A stretch of DNA of 61,917 bases, counting the filler, from Squatina squatina (taxonomy: Eukaryota): NCBI GenBank assembly GCA_031763465.1. It is 4 parts of 4 records of this genome, joined end to end, with 100 filler letters (N's around TTAATTAATTAA, not from the genome) between each part and the next. Parts side by side here need not be neighbours in the genome. Positions count along the whole stretch, not along the records: positions 32,233 to 47,186 come from JARFOE010000001.1; positions 47,287 to 61,917 come from JARFOE010000121.1; 2 more parts are not named here. One strand, 5' to 3'. Under the pieces are notes generated by a model that saw nothing but the letters and a program-made list of their open reading frames with translations, did not search any database and was not told where the DNA came from. The position numbers and the translations under genes are program-made. Shown here one piece after another: positions 46,504 through 59,930 of this stretch. Each line of letters starts with the position of its first letter. The stretch's first letter is position 1.

Positions 46504-46726
46504 ATGCTGTTAAGCCATCCAATCCCTCTGGCCATGCTGTTACTGAGGTACCTCTTTCTGTCAGTACTACGCAGCCTTCTGTACGGCCAGCAGTTTCCAT
46601 GGGCTCACTACCTCCTCCCTATCAGCCGATCAGCGTGCGACATCTGGAGTCGCTATCCAGCCAGGAAGATCCACAGGATTATCTGTGGCTAGCCAACTGT
46701 GAAAGCAAAAAGCCTGAACCTACCAG
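46504..46726 (+). CDS. GAB1: GAB1 exon 3
   Basis: tag|DAVKPSNPSG...LPPPYQPISVRHLESLSSQEDPQDYLWLANCESKKPEPTR|gtaag; phase-compatible with the exon ending at 44660. Confidence 0.93.
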
Positions 46727-47186
46727 GTAAGATGAGTGATTGGAAAGTGCTACAGTACTGTTTATAAAGTGCATTAGTGCTACGGTGCTTAATCTGAGGA
46801 GTTCATTAAAATCACAACATGACTTCACAATTTGTATAACCTGGAGTATTATTAGTTCTAAATAGGAATTTGAATTGTATTTTTTGTCAGTGGTTATACA
46901 TATGCAGCAATTTTAAAAAGGTTACCTAAGTGATTCACAAGTACCATAACCCACGGTGGCATTTTACAGAGCAAGGACTAGTCATCTTGTTTTAATAATG
47001 TAACTGGTTAGCAGATGAAAAGGTTTCTGAGGAAGCTGCCAGAGCTTTTCTGTGTAATGGTGTTGGAGGGTGTAGAGGGGAGAAGATATTTTCAGCGCGA
47101 GACCTGTGCAAGCCATTCGTGGTTTTCACGCCCCTGTGTGTCAAACCCTGCTGACTTAACATTGCAGGCGCTGTGAAGTTCTATAA

Positions 47187-47286
47187 NNNNNNNNNNNNNN
47201 NNNNNNNNNNNNNNNNNNNNNNNNNNNNNNTTAATTAATTAANNNNNNNNNNNNNNNNNNNNNNNNNNNNNNNNNNNNNNNNNNNN
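47187..47286. other. Artificial join: N44-TTAATTAATTAA-N44
   Basis: Linker at 47231-47242. Confidence 0.97.
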
Positions 47287-50200
47287 GTTCTTTTGAGGTT
47301 TGGATTAAGGGACAGTGTTGAAGTGGTGGTCTGTTTCTGGCTTTGCTGTACTCAGCCTGGGATTGCGTTTTGTTGATGACAGTTGCAAAGCATTCCACTG
47401 TCCAGCAGGAACATCCCTCATATTGAACACAACAAAAAAAAATCACTCCCCAAAACATGAATCATGTTGCTGGGAGAAAGAGGCAGAGCAGCCTTGTGTC
47501 ACTTTGTCACTGTGATATTACGTGCACGCAACACAGCAATGCAGCGACCGGTTTTGACACGAACTGACTGGTTTTGACACAGTTACTTGGGAAACGAGCA
47601 AGGTTAGAAAAATACTTTTTGACGAAGATGGTGTCCGATCAGGAGGGGTTTAAAAAGATCAGTTTTAATCATAGGCAAAACCAGACTGTTGAAGAATGTT
47701 AAGATAATCACGGAAATATAGGATGTGCCTAGGAATTCAAGTGAATGAGATCAACTCAATCAACCCAGAAACAATTAAAAACTCTGGAAGGTACAAAAAT
47801 AACGAAATGCAAATAAGCATCAGTTGTGCTGAAGGTTTCAGCTTAAGGTGAACACATCAGCTGTCTGTTAGGTAGGTCCAGTTGACTGTGGTTACATGTT
47901 CCATGTTCGGTGGCCAGATGATTCATCTGTGACGTCACAAAAATTACCAATTCTAGCTTTGCAAATGAGTTGAGCTGTCAAGAACACCTTGTGGACAAGG
48001 CTTTGAGTCCTGTTCATGCCACCCTGCAACGCATCGTAGCTGTGGATGGCTCAAGTCCACATTTATTAACTGGAAAGAGAATGATCAGATTTTAATTGTA
48101 TTTGCTCCGGCCTGGTAATAGCTTACTTTGGTTTTCTTGCACAGACTCTCTGGAGCCCCTGAAAATACCTAGAAGTATAAACTTGCCAGAACTGCACTTT
48201 TCATTAAAATCAATGGGGCTCCAATTGGTTAGCGTCAGCACCAGCTCTTTAGTTGCTCAAGGGCACATTTTTTTAGTGCCGGCTCCGGAGCAACGGCCTC
48301 CGACCTGGAATTCGGGTCTTTGTTTTTCTTTGGGTCAACATGACATTGTCGCGCTTGCCCAGTGCTGAACCGGCGCCTGGGATGTGGTGTCAGCAACGTG
48401 GCACTGATATCATTGCTGAGGCCAATGCAGGCACAGCCCCAGCCCCTGAGTTAAAGGAAAGGGCCGCTGGCTGACGCCACAGAGCTCCGGTGGCCGCCAC
48501 TGGGCCACCAAGGAAAGCGATGAATGGGCCACCAAGCCGGCGTGCCAGTGAGCATGCCGGCANNNNNNNNNNNNNNNNNNNNNNNNNNNNNNNNNNNNNN
48601 NNNNNNNNNNNNNNNNNNNNNNNNNNNNNNNNNNNNNNNNNNNNNNNNNNNNNNNNNNNNNNATATGAGATTACTAGAATTGATGTGCTGTACTGTATTC
48701 ATGAAGGCTCCTTACTAATTCTTTGTAATAGGAAAAAACCACTGCATGAAGCAGTCCACATGATCTTTTAGCCCCATGCTGAAATGCAGCAGATGTACAG
48801 CTCCTGCCAGGATTACATTATTCAGTAAGTGTAATACAAGTGATACATTACACTGACATTGATTTACAATTGAGGTACTAAACCATTTTCCCATGAGGCT
48901 GGACAAAGTGTAGTGTCAATAAGAAACTTTTGTGACCTGCAGTTGTCCAGATAAGTAATGAGTGACGCATTATGAAGAATTATGCTTTCAGTGGTGAAAG
49001 AGAGAATCATTACAGAACATGGATTTGCGATTAAAATGATTGTTGATCATGCAAGAATGTACTGCCCATCAGCTTGCCAGTGACATTGTTTTTTTTCATT
49101 TGTTTTCCAAAAATTATGTGTGTTCCCCCTCCCTTTCTGTGTTTTCTCATGATAGGTCCTATACAAGCTGCTCCCGGGCCTTGGTTTTGTAATTGGTTGC
49201 TAGGAGATATGCCAAAAGGTGCCTGGAGTGGAGCCGTCTCTGCCTTTTCCCTCCCCTGATGACACAATTGTTTTTTAAATTACATTTTTGTTCTGGAAAC
49301 TATATTCCGATTGCAACTATTTGCAAGACATTTTGTGCATGTGACTTCTTATTCTATGCGAATTATAAAATATAAATTGCAGGCACTAATTTGGTTGCTT
49401 GGGTTTCAGAATTAATTGAGATTCTGCGACAGAAAAATGTAATTACGTAGTATTTGACCACAATTAGTTTGCTGGCAAACTTCAAAATATTTGACAGATT
49501 TGAGAATAAGAGAAAAAGTGCACTCATAACTGATATATAGTTCTCGTTTGTTCTGAAAAAGGTAGTCCTATTATATTCAGATATTGTTATTGAGAAACTT
49601 AAATGAGGGGCCAAAGCCAATATTGCAACAGTACCACTTGCAGTACGACAGCACTCATTAGGTACAAAGATATACCTGAGTGCTTTTTAGGGTGTTGGAT
49701 AATAAATGGAACCGAACTAAAACCAAAGAGTAGCAGATTAGGTAACTCGAGAAGCCATGGTTACATAATACCAAATTAGGTTTTAAAAGCCTGTAGTTTA
49801 TAGGAGGAAAGATAGCCTGAGCGAGGCATGGAGTTCTAGGGCGGCCAATTCGACTGCCCTGAGTTACTGGCGCTAAGAGATGAATTGTTGAGCGCAAAGT
49901 TCCAGTTTCGGAACTCTCCCTTTAAGGGCTGGAATTTGGCGCTTAGAAAAAAAATTCTGACAGCTTCAAAAAACGTGCTAATTTCTGTGCTAAAGGGCAC
50001 TTTTAATCTTAGTTTATTTCAGCAGGCGAATTGTAGGATGGGTCTAAGGAGCTGCTATCAAGTGTCAAGCTACCTCAGCCCTTAAAGGGGTTCGTTCTGG
50101 AGACACAAGCAATGCTTAGGTCAGTCAAATCGTAGATCGTTGGTGGGTGAGGAGGGTTTGTCTTGTCAACNNNNNNNNNNNNNNNNNNNNNNNNNNNNNN

Positions 50201-50878
50201 NNNNNNNNNNNNNNNNNNNNNNNNNNNNNNNNNNNNNNNNNNNNNNNNNNNNNNNNNNNNNNNNNNNNNNCTGCAAAGGGTTTTAATTTACAACAAATAA
50301 TTTGTTATAATTCTAAAAATAAAAATGAAAGTATTCCCAGGTGCAGCTTTCAGAGATGGCTAAACGGTACCTCAGGACGGCCCCTGGGAAAAGAATGAAA
50401 TAAATTCGGTGACAGCAGAGTTAACAAAATGTCTTGTGTGTCTTCTTACAGAGACTTGCAGCAGCCGCGGAGGATTCTCAGGAAAGGCATGTATGGAAAG
50501 AAGAATTTGGGGTAAGGCCAAAGTCACCTTTTGTTCCACGCTGTACCCTGTTGACTCTTTAGGTGTGATTCCGCCTCTGGCTTCCCAGCATTTGTAGCAT
50601 GGATCCACAATTGATGTGCACAATGCATAGTGATTGAAAATCAATGTCCGTCTCTTTGTACTTCATTTTGAGAACTGTTCAAAGCCGTTGAGCTGTGACC
50701 AGTTGTCTGTCATCCGTCAGTGCAGCAGTGACCTACTTTTCAGTAGTAACTAAGACATTGTTGTTACGACTTCAGTATCGATTGATCCAAGAGTAGTTAA
50801 TTATTAAATGTCGGATCCCTTTTCAAAAACAATCTGCCAGTCAGTTCTAAACATTTAACCAATTGATTGATATTTTCA

Positions 50879-50987
50879 CAAAAGCAAAATACTGCGGATG
50901 CTGGAAATCTGAAATAAAAACACAAAATGCTGGAAATACTCGGCAGGCCAGGCAGCATCTGTGGAGAGAGAAACAGAGTTAACGTTG
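50879..50987 (-). mobile_element. Short Penelope pLTR-end fragment
   Basis: Reverse complement of the sequence at about 9074-9180. Confidence 0.8.
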
Positions 50988-52933
50988 GAGCCTTGAATAC
51001 ACTCCCATAGCATCCATTGTTGTATAATGCTGTGGAATGCACGGGTGCAGTGTTGCTCCATTTTATTTTCAATGCTGGCTATAAGTGAAATCGTTGCAGT
51101 GCCCAAAGTTGGTGCAAAAAACAGACATGAGTGACAGATTAATGACTGCAACAAGATCACAAACTTTATCGAGAGATAAGATAGTTGACTGCTAGTAAAT
51201 AGTTTATTCTGTGCAGTATTGATCCATTGAACATAAATGAGCGTGTCTTATTTAGCTCTTGTATCTCCAGTCGTATTAACACCCAATGGATTGTCCATTA
51301 ACGTGCTTTCCCATATAAATTACTGAAGTAGAAATCCATTACTATCATGGCTAGATTGCATGGAAAAATATCTGAAGGAGCGGCATTCTCTCACCTTGTC
51401 GTTTTATAATAATTGGATTTTCTCATGGCCTGGTGCTGAAGGTGCTCTTTCTCATCTCAGAGCTCTTCGATAAAATTCTGGCAGTCTGACCTTTGAACCC
51501 AACTGACTTTGTGTGAAGTGATTTTTCTCATATTTCACCTGCACCATTTGTGCAGCCACCTGTGACAAACCAGCCTGCCTAACGTATCTGTCTCTGCTCA
51601 ACCACTGAATGCCATTTGGGCCTGAAATGTGAAGCTGGATGATGAACACAGTGATGTTTTTTGTTGTTGTTGCATAGTTCATTAATCGGGATTCAGCTAC
51701 TAAAACCCTGCCGATGTTTAGCTAGTACAGTTTGTGACCCTGGTGCTTTTGTCTGTGTTTCAATTTTTATTTTGTTCCTGTGCAATGTTCTCTGCAATTT
51801 TTTTTCCCGGTGTGCAGTCCCTTTAACAGGCTGCGCGGCCGATTCTAATTTTTGCGTATGCGCGGTTTCTTGCATTGAAAAGCTGGTGAGTGGCTTNNNN
51901 NNNNNNNNNNNNNNNNNNNNNNNNNNNNNNNNNNNNNNNNNNNNNNNNNNNNNNNNNNNNNNNNNNNNNNNNNNNNNNNNNNNNNNNNNNNNNNNNCTTC
52001 CCTCCCACATAGTCCCCTATTTTTCTATCATTCATGTGTCTAAGAGTCTCTTAAATGTCCCTAGTGTATCTGCCCCACAACCTCTGCCAGCAGTGCATTC
52101 CACACACCCACCACTCTGTGTGTAAAAAAAACTTACCTCTGATATCCTCCCTGTACTTTCCTCTAATCACCTTAAAATTATGCCCCCTCACATTAGCCAT
52201 TTTCACTCTGGGAAAGAAAGTAATGGAAAGAAGTTAACGTATTAGAGCTGAAATTGAAGTCCTATTTTCCAGGATCAAATGATGCTTGTACCTGTCTTGC
52301 TGCACTATCAATTGCTGTTAGCTAATAGCTCGAGCTGACGTGAAGACCTATTTTCTGAGGTAGAATCAGCATCTGGCATTTGTGCTACATCAAGTAGAAG
52401 TGATACTTTATTACTGCAGGTCATTTTCATTCTCCAGAGCTGAACCATTAGGGCATGATGGTTCTCTGTGGCTATTCTCCCAATCCCGTAAATGCATTAT
52501 CTAAATGACACGTTATTTGAACTGGTCACCACGGTATTATATTCAAAGGGATATCATCCTGAACTCAGCCATTCAGCAAACATTTGTGGTTACATTGGAT
52601 GGGATTTCTCCAACAAAAAGAGTACTTAAAACAAAAAGTTCCCAGTATTTTCTCTGATTCACTTTATACTTGTATGAGATCCCTCACCCTCATCTCATTA
52701 ACACCTGCTCCCCTGTTCCACTGACACCATGACAGATGGAGCTTACCTAGGCTTCCAGTGCAGTCCGCTGTTATTCACAGGTGGGTTCAGCCCCACCATG
52801 TTTCCAAGTTAACCACTGAGTGAAGTCTAAGAAAACAGTCTGCTTTTACATTACCTTAGAGCAGGTTTAAAAATTACGTATCACTGTGGAAGCTATGAGT
52901 GAAAAAATCCTTGACAAGAGCATGACATTAAAA

Positions 52934-55900
52934 AGGGCACAGACTGAAAGTACAGTGTAATCGGGCACAATCTCAAGGGACAATGTAAGAGGGCACAGAC
53001 TGAAGGGTTAGTGTAAGAGGGAACAATCTGAAGGGACAGTGTAAGAGGGCACAAACTGAAGGGTCAGTGAAAGAGGGCGCATTCTGAAGGGACAGTGTAA
53101 GAGGGCACAGTGTGAAGGATCAGTCGAAGAGGGCTCATTCTGAAGGGCAGTGTAAGAGGGCACAGTCTGAAGGGTCAGTCTTAGAGGGCACAGTCTGAAG
53201 GGGCAGTATTAGAGGGCACAGTCTAAAGGGACAGTGTAAGGGAGCACAGACTGAAAGGTCATTGTGAGAGGGCACAGACTGAAGGGTCAGTGTAAGAGGG
53301 CACAAATTGAAGGTACAGTGTAAGAGGGCACAGTCTGAATGGTCATGCTAAGAGGGCTCATTCTGAAGGTGCAGTGTAACATGGGAGAGTCTGAAGGGAC
53401 AGTGTAAGAGGGCACAGTCTGAACGGGCAGTGTAAGAGGGCACAGTCTGAAGGGACAGCATGAGAGGGCTCTTTCTGAAGGGTCAATGTGAGAGGGCTCA
53501 TTCTGAAGGGTCATTGTAAGAGGGCTCATTCTGAAGGGACAGTGTAAGAGAGCACATTCTGAAGTGGCAGTGTAGGAGGGCTCATTCTGAAGGGACAGTG
53601 TAACAGGGCACAGTATGAACGGGCAGTGTAAGAGGGCTCATTCTGAAGGGACAGTGTAAGTGGGCACAGTCTGAAGGGTCAGTTTAAGAGCGCTGATTCT
53701 GAAGGGGCAGTGTAACATGGCACAGTCTAAAGGGTCATTGTAAGAGGGCTCATTCTGAAGGAGCACTGTAAGAGTGCACAGTCTGAAGGGTCACTGTAAG
53801 AGGGCACAGTCTGAAGGGACAGTGTAAGAGGGCTTATTCTGAAGGGGCACTGCAACATGGCACAGTCTGAACGAGCAGTGTAAGAGGGCTCATTCTGAAG
53901 GAGCACTGTAAGAGTGCACAGTCTGAAGGGTCAGAGTAAGAGGGCTCATTCTGAAGGGGCAGTGTAACATGGCACAGTCTGAAGGGTCATTGTAAGAGGG
54001 CACAGACTGAAGGGAAAGTGTAAGAGGGCTCATTCTGAAGGGGCAGTGTAAGAGGGCACAGTCTGAAGGGAAAGTGTAAGAGGGCTCGTTCTGAAGGGAC
54101 AGTGTAACATGGCACAGTCTGAAGGGACAGTGTAAGAGGGCACAGTCTGAAGGGGCAGTATAAGAGGGCACAGTCTAAAGGGACAGTGTAAGGGGGCACA
54201 GACTGAAGGGTCAGTGTGAGAGGGCACAGTCTGAAAGGACAGTGTAAGAGTGCACAGTCTGAAAGTATAGTGTAAGAGGGCACAGACTGAAGGGTCAGTG
54301 TAAGAGGGCACAAATTGAAGGTACAGTGGAAGAGGGCACAGTCTGAAGGCTCAGTGTAACTGGGCTCATTCTGAAGGGACATTGTCAGAGGACTCATTCT
54401 GAAGGGGCAGTGTAAGTGGGCTCATTCTGAAGGGTCAGTGTAAGAGGGCACAGTCTGAAGGGAGAGTGTAAAAGGGCACAGTCTGAAGGGTCCGTGTAAA
54501 AGGGCTCATTCTGAAGGGACATTGTAAGTGGGCACAGACTGAAGACTCAGTGTAAGAGGGCTCATTCTGAAGGGGCAGTGTAAGAGGGCGCAGTCTGAAG
54601 GGAAAGTGTAAGACGGCTCATTCTGAAGGGTCATTGTAAGAGGGCTCATTCTGAAGGGAAAGTGTCAGAGGGCACATTCTCAAGGGGCAGTGTAAGACGG
54701 CACAATCTGAAGGTACAGTGGAAAAGGGCACAGACTGAAAGGACAGTGTAATAGGGCACAATTAGAAGGGTTAGTGTAAGAGGGAAAATTCTGAAGGGAC
54801 AGTGTAAGAGGGCTCATTCTGAAGGGGCAGTGTAAGAGGGCACAGTGTGAAGGGTCAGTGTAAGAGGGCTCATTCTGAAGGGACATTGTAAGAGGGCTCA
54901 TTCTGAAGGGGCAGTGTGAGAGGGCTCATTCTGAAGGGGCAGTGTAAGTCGGCACAGTCTGAAGGGAAAGTGTAAGAGGGCACAATCTGAAGGGTCATTC
55001 CAAGAGGGCTCATTCTGAAGTTGCAGTCTAACATGGCACAGTCTGAAGGGACAGTGTAAGAGGGCACAGTCTGAAGGGGCAGTGTAAGAGGGCACAGTCT
55101 GAAGGGACAGCGTGAGAGGGCTCTTTCTGAAGGGTCAGTGTGAGAGGGCTCATTCTGAAGGGTCATTGTAAGAGGGCTCATTCTCAAGGGACAGTGGAAG
55201 AGGGTACATTCTGAAGGGGCAGAGTAGGAGGGCTCATTCTGAAGGGACAGTGTAAGAGGGCACAGTCTGAAGGGACAGTGCAAGAGGGCTCATTCTGAAG
55301 GGGCAGTGTAACATGGCACAGTCTGAAGGGACAGTGTAAGTGGGCACAGTCTGATGGGGCAGTGGTAGAGGGCACAGTCTTAAGGGGCAGTCTGCGAGGG
55401 CACAATCTGAAGGGACATTTTAAGAGGGCTCATTCTGAAGGGACAGTGTAACATGGCACAGTCTGAAGGGGAAGTGTAAGAGGGCTCATTCTGAAGGGCC
55501 AGTGTAAGAGGGCACAGTCTGAAAGGGCAGTGTTACATGGCACAGTCTGAAGGGTCATTGTAAGAGGGCACACTCTGAAGGGGCAGTGTAAGAGGGTTCA
55601 TTCTGAAGGGGCAGTGTTACATGGCACAGTCTGAGGGGTCATTGTAAGAGGGCACAGTCTGAAGGGACAGTGTAAGTGGGCACAGTCTGAAGGGGCAGTG
55701 TAAGTGGGCACAGTCTGAAGGGTTAGTTTAAGAGGGCTGATTCTGAAGGGGCAGTGTAAGATGGCAGAGTCTGATGGGTCATTGTAAGAGGGCACAGACT
55801 GAAGGGGCAGTGTAAGAGGGCACAGTCTGAAGGGACAGTGTAAGAGGGCTCATTCTGAAGTGGCAGTGTAACATGGCACAGTCTGAATGAGCAGTGTAAG

Positions 55901-57282
55901 AGGGCTCATTCTGAAGGAGCACCAAAAGAGTGCACAGTCTGAAGGGTCAGTGTAAGAGGGCTAATTCTGAAGGGACAGTATAAGTGGGCACAGTCTGAAG
56001 GGGCAGTGTTAGAGGGCACAGTCTTAAGGGGCAGTCTACGAGGGCAGAGTCTGAAGGGACAGTTTAAGAGGGCTCATTCTGAAGCGACAGTGTTAAATGG
56101 CACAGTCTGAAGGATCAGTGTAAGAGGGCACAGTCTGATGGGGCAGTGTTACATGGCACAGTCTGAAGGGTCATTGTAAGAGGGCACACTCTGAAGGGAC
56201 AGTGTAAGTGGGCACAGTCTGAAGGGTCAGTGTAAGAGGGCACAGTCTTAAGGGGCAGTTTAAGAGGGCACAGTCTGAAGGGGCAGATTGTGAGGGCTCT
56301 TTCTGAAGAGTCAGTGTGAGAGGGCTCATTCTAAAGGGTGATTGTAAGACAGCTCATTCTGAAGGGACAGTGTAAGAGGGCACAGTCTGAAGGGACAGTG
56401 TAAGAAGGCTCATTCTGAAGGGGCAGTGTAACATGGCACAGTGAGAACGACCAGCGTAAGTGGGCTCATTCTGAAGGAGCACTGTAAGAGTGCACAGTCT
56501 GAAGGGTCAGTGTAAGAGCGCTAATTCTGAAGGGGCAGTGTAACATGGCATAGTCTGAAGGGTGATTCTAAGAGGGCACAGACTGAAGGTGCAGTGTAAG
56601 AGGGCACTGTCTGAAGGGGCAGTGTGAGAGGGCTCATTCTCAAGTGTCATTGCAAGAGGGCTCATTCTGAAGGGATAGTGTAAGAGGGCACATTCTGAAG
56701 GGGCAGTGTAACATGGCACAGTCTCAACGGGCAGTGTAAGAGGGCTCATTCTGAAGGAGCACTGTAAGAGTGCACAGTCTGAAGGGTCATTGTAAAAGGG
56801 CACAAACTGAAGGGGCAGTGTAAGAGGGCAGTGTCTGAAAGGGCAGTGTAAGAGGGCTCATTCTGAAGGGACAGTGTAAGAGGGCACAGTCTAAAGGGGC
56901 AGTGTAAGTGGGCACACTCTGAAGGGGCAGCGTGAGAGGGCTCTTTCTGAAGGGTCAGTGTGAGAGGGCTCATTCTCAAGGGTCATTGCAAGAGGGCTCA
57001 TTCTGAAGGGATAGTGTAAGAGGGCACATTCTGAAGGGATAGTGTAAGAGGGCACATTCTGAAGGGACAGTGTAAGAGGGCTCATTCTGGAGGAGCATTG
57101 TAACAGTGCACAGTTTGAAGGGTCATTGTAAGAGGGCTCATTCTGAAGGGGCAGTGTAACATGGCCCATCTGAAGGGACAGTGTAAGAGGGCACAGTTTG
57201 ACGGAACAGTGTAAGTGGGCACAGTCTGAAGGGGCAGTGTAAGAGGGCTCATTCTGAAGGGACAGTGTAAGTGGGCACAGTC
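52934..57282. repeat. 28-bp satellite array (~155 units), truncated by a gap
   Basis: Unit gtgtaagagggcacagtctgaagggaca with a common ctcattct variant. Confidence 0.97.
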
Positions 57283-57929
57283 NNNNNNNNNNNNNNNNNN
57301 NNNNNNNNNNNNNNNNNNNNNNNNNNNNNNNNNNNNNNNNNNNNNNNNNNNNNNNNNNNNNNNNNNNNNNNNNNNNNNNNNNAACCTCGGGCCTCAATTG
57401 TTTATGCCGATTTCCAGTTGTTTACACCCATTTTTACGTTCCGACCTACACTCATGAGATTGGCAGGAAATTCAGGTGTAAATAGACATCGACAAAATGG
57501 GCATAATTTCGGGTGCAATTTCCCGATTACGCCCCCACAGGAAATTCCACCCCGGAGTATGGATTCTGGTTGGTATATTGAGCACTGTTAAGGCAGGGAA
57601 GCAGTAAATGTCCCAAGCAGCCCTTAGTATATGACAACTATGTGACAAACACTTTGAGAACTGCATGTTTAAATTAAATTATTTTCTTTAGTAACAGTGT
57701 TCATTATTACAGGTTTTAAAGCAAGACTACGGATTCAGGAGGTTCCAGGTTATGTGGATTTATTAGATCGTAGATCTAGTGAATTTAGATTACAGTTAGA
57801 TTTAGAACTCTCAAAAGGTAGAACAGCCTACAGTTTTTTAATTTAATTCTGAACTACTTCCCAGAATAATTTCGAGGGAGCTGCATTCCTTTCTTTGTGG
57901 AATTTTATTTTTTAACTTCCCACCTGCCC

Positions 57930-58075
57930 CCGATTTTCTCTCCTCCAGTCCTGAAGGGGCAGTCTCTTGCTTAGGGTATGGCTCCATGGGTACCACAAGC
58001 CTTCCATCGCATCATCCTCGTGCCCATTCTTCATGTGTGAGCCTTGTAGTGAGTTTCGGCAAGCTGTTTGACAGC
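57930..58075 (-). mobile_element. LF-SINE-like 3' fragment
   Basis: ctcctccagtcctgaagg and ccattcttcatgtgtgagcc read as the reverse of the recalled LF-SINE 3' region. Confidence 0.55.
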
Positions 58076-59615
58076 TAATGGCAGCACATCAGAGCCCCTG
58101 TCAGGTAGAGTGGCCTGACATAGCGGTAAGCCCACGGTGTGTACCTGCTGCCTGGGAAATGAGGTCAGGCAGGACATCAGCAGGAACGTTGAGAATTCTT
58201 GTGGCATAAAGCACAGTTGAACACATTTCTGTCTTTTTAANNNNNNNNNNNNNNNNNNNNNNNNNNNNNNNNNNNNNNNNNNNNNNNNNNNNNNNNNNNN
58301 NNNNNNNNNNNNNNNNNNNNNNNNNNNNNNNNNNNNNNNNNNNNNNNNNNNNNNNNNNNNNNNNNNNNNNNNNNNNNNNNNNNNNNNNNNNNNNNNNNNN
58401 NNNNNNNNNNNNNNNNNNNNNNNNNNNNNNNNNNNNNNNNNNNNNNNNNNNNNNNNNNNNNNNNNNNNNNNNNNNNNNNNNNNNNNNNNNNNNNNNNNNN
58501 NNNNNNNNNNNNNNNNNCATATAAATTCGTTATAAATGTGACTAAGGCAGTGATCAAAGAGAATTGGAGACCATTCCTTTCCACGTATCTTTTGAATGAG
58601 GACTTTTGGGGAGGAAACAGAATTAACTGAAAAAGAAAAACTGTCAGGTCTTGCAGCTTTAAGGAAAAACAACTGTACAGATTTAGTTGTTTTTTTTGTG
58701 ATTCAAACTACTTGGCTGCAGTTTTGTATTAAATGTTTATTTATATCAATTTTGATGGTTAAATACAAATAACTTTTATTTTACCAACATGTTTGTGCTT
58801 TTATCATTTCTGAAAATATTCCCTCATAAGGATTCACTTTTTTTTAATCAACAGACCAATCAACGATTTTGGCACTTTAAAAATGCCCCAATCCTGACAG
58901 GCAATGTGTAGGTAGATTCTCTGCTGGATTACTGCAGTACTTGGTTTCCAGCCCTAGAAGCTGTTACTCCAGCACTGTAAAAGCTCCAGCTGCTGAAGGG
59001 CAGATATCAACTACAACCTTTTATTAAAGTTCAGCCTCATTGAAATACGGTGTTTTCAAAATCATTATTTCCCTTCCCGAAGGCTGTATCTGTGGAGGCT
59101 TATTGAAGTAAATGTAGAAAAAGTTGAGCAAACTCTGCAATTGCTACTTCCCGTTAGAAAGTGCGGGAGGGAAAGATCGAGGAATGAACTACGGTTTTGG
59201 GCAAATTCCCAAATACCTTTTTGTGACAACTAGCACCTTTTATGGAGCTCCCACATTATAACACGCAGCAACATTAAACATCGTGACCCGGAATTTGTAG
59301 TCGGGATGATAGCGAAACGGCAGCGCTCACCATCATTCTGCCTTTGAAACTGACCGCAGCTTGGGGATTTGGCACATCCGCCTGCCAGGACACTGCCAGG
59401 CTGCTCACCCCGCCTCCCCACAGAGCCGGTACTCAGCCAAATTATCGAGACTGACCAAAACTTCGGTTCTTCCACAGTAATACCACTGTTAAATTTCCCA
59501 CTAAAAGTTAGATCCNNNNNNNNNNNNNNNNNNNNNNNNNNNNNNNNNNNNNNNNNNNNNNNNNNNNNNNNNNNNNNNNNNNNNNNNNNNNNNNNNNNNN
59601 NNNNNNNNNNNNNNN

Positions 59616-59930
59616 CAAAACTGGGGGCAATAAATACAAGATAGTTCCTAATAAATCCAGTAGGAAAATAAGGAGAAATGTCTTTACTCAGGGAGTGGCT
59701 TAGAATGTGTAACTCACTATCACAGGAAATGATTGAGGCAAATAGCTTAGATGCTTTTAAAAGGAAACTCGATGAGTACATGCGGGGAAAGGGAAGAGAA
59801 AGATATGCTGACTCGCTAAAATGAGTTAGACGGAAAGGGAGGAGACTCGCGCAGAGCATAAACTTCAGCACAGACTCGTTGGGCTGAATGGCCTGTTTCT
59901 GTGCTGTATATTCTATGCAATTCTATTTCA
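59616..59930 (+). mobile_element. CR1 3' end and tail
   Basis: Same 3' UTR as 22430-22730 (gcataaac...tggcctgtttctgtgctgtatattctatg). Confidence 0.85.

Noticed and set aside
46504-46692. 62-aa ORF MLLSHPIP... in the supplied track
   Set aside because: It is the wrong frame of GAB1 exon 3
52934-57282. CRISPR-like array (28-bp periodicity)
   Set aside because: Units are head-to-tail with no unique spacers, there are no cas genes, and the context is vertebrate
53287-57397. Many Cys/Pro/Leu-rich minus-strand ORFs (HCPFRLCPLTL repeats)
   Set aside because: They are translations of the 28-bp satellite; the unit is not a multiple of 3 and the same peptides cycle through all frames
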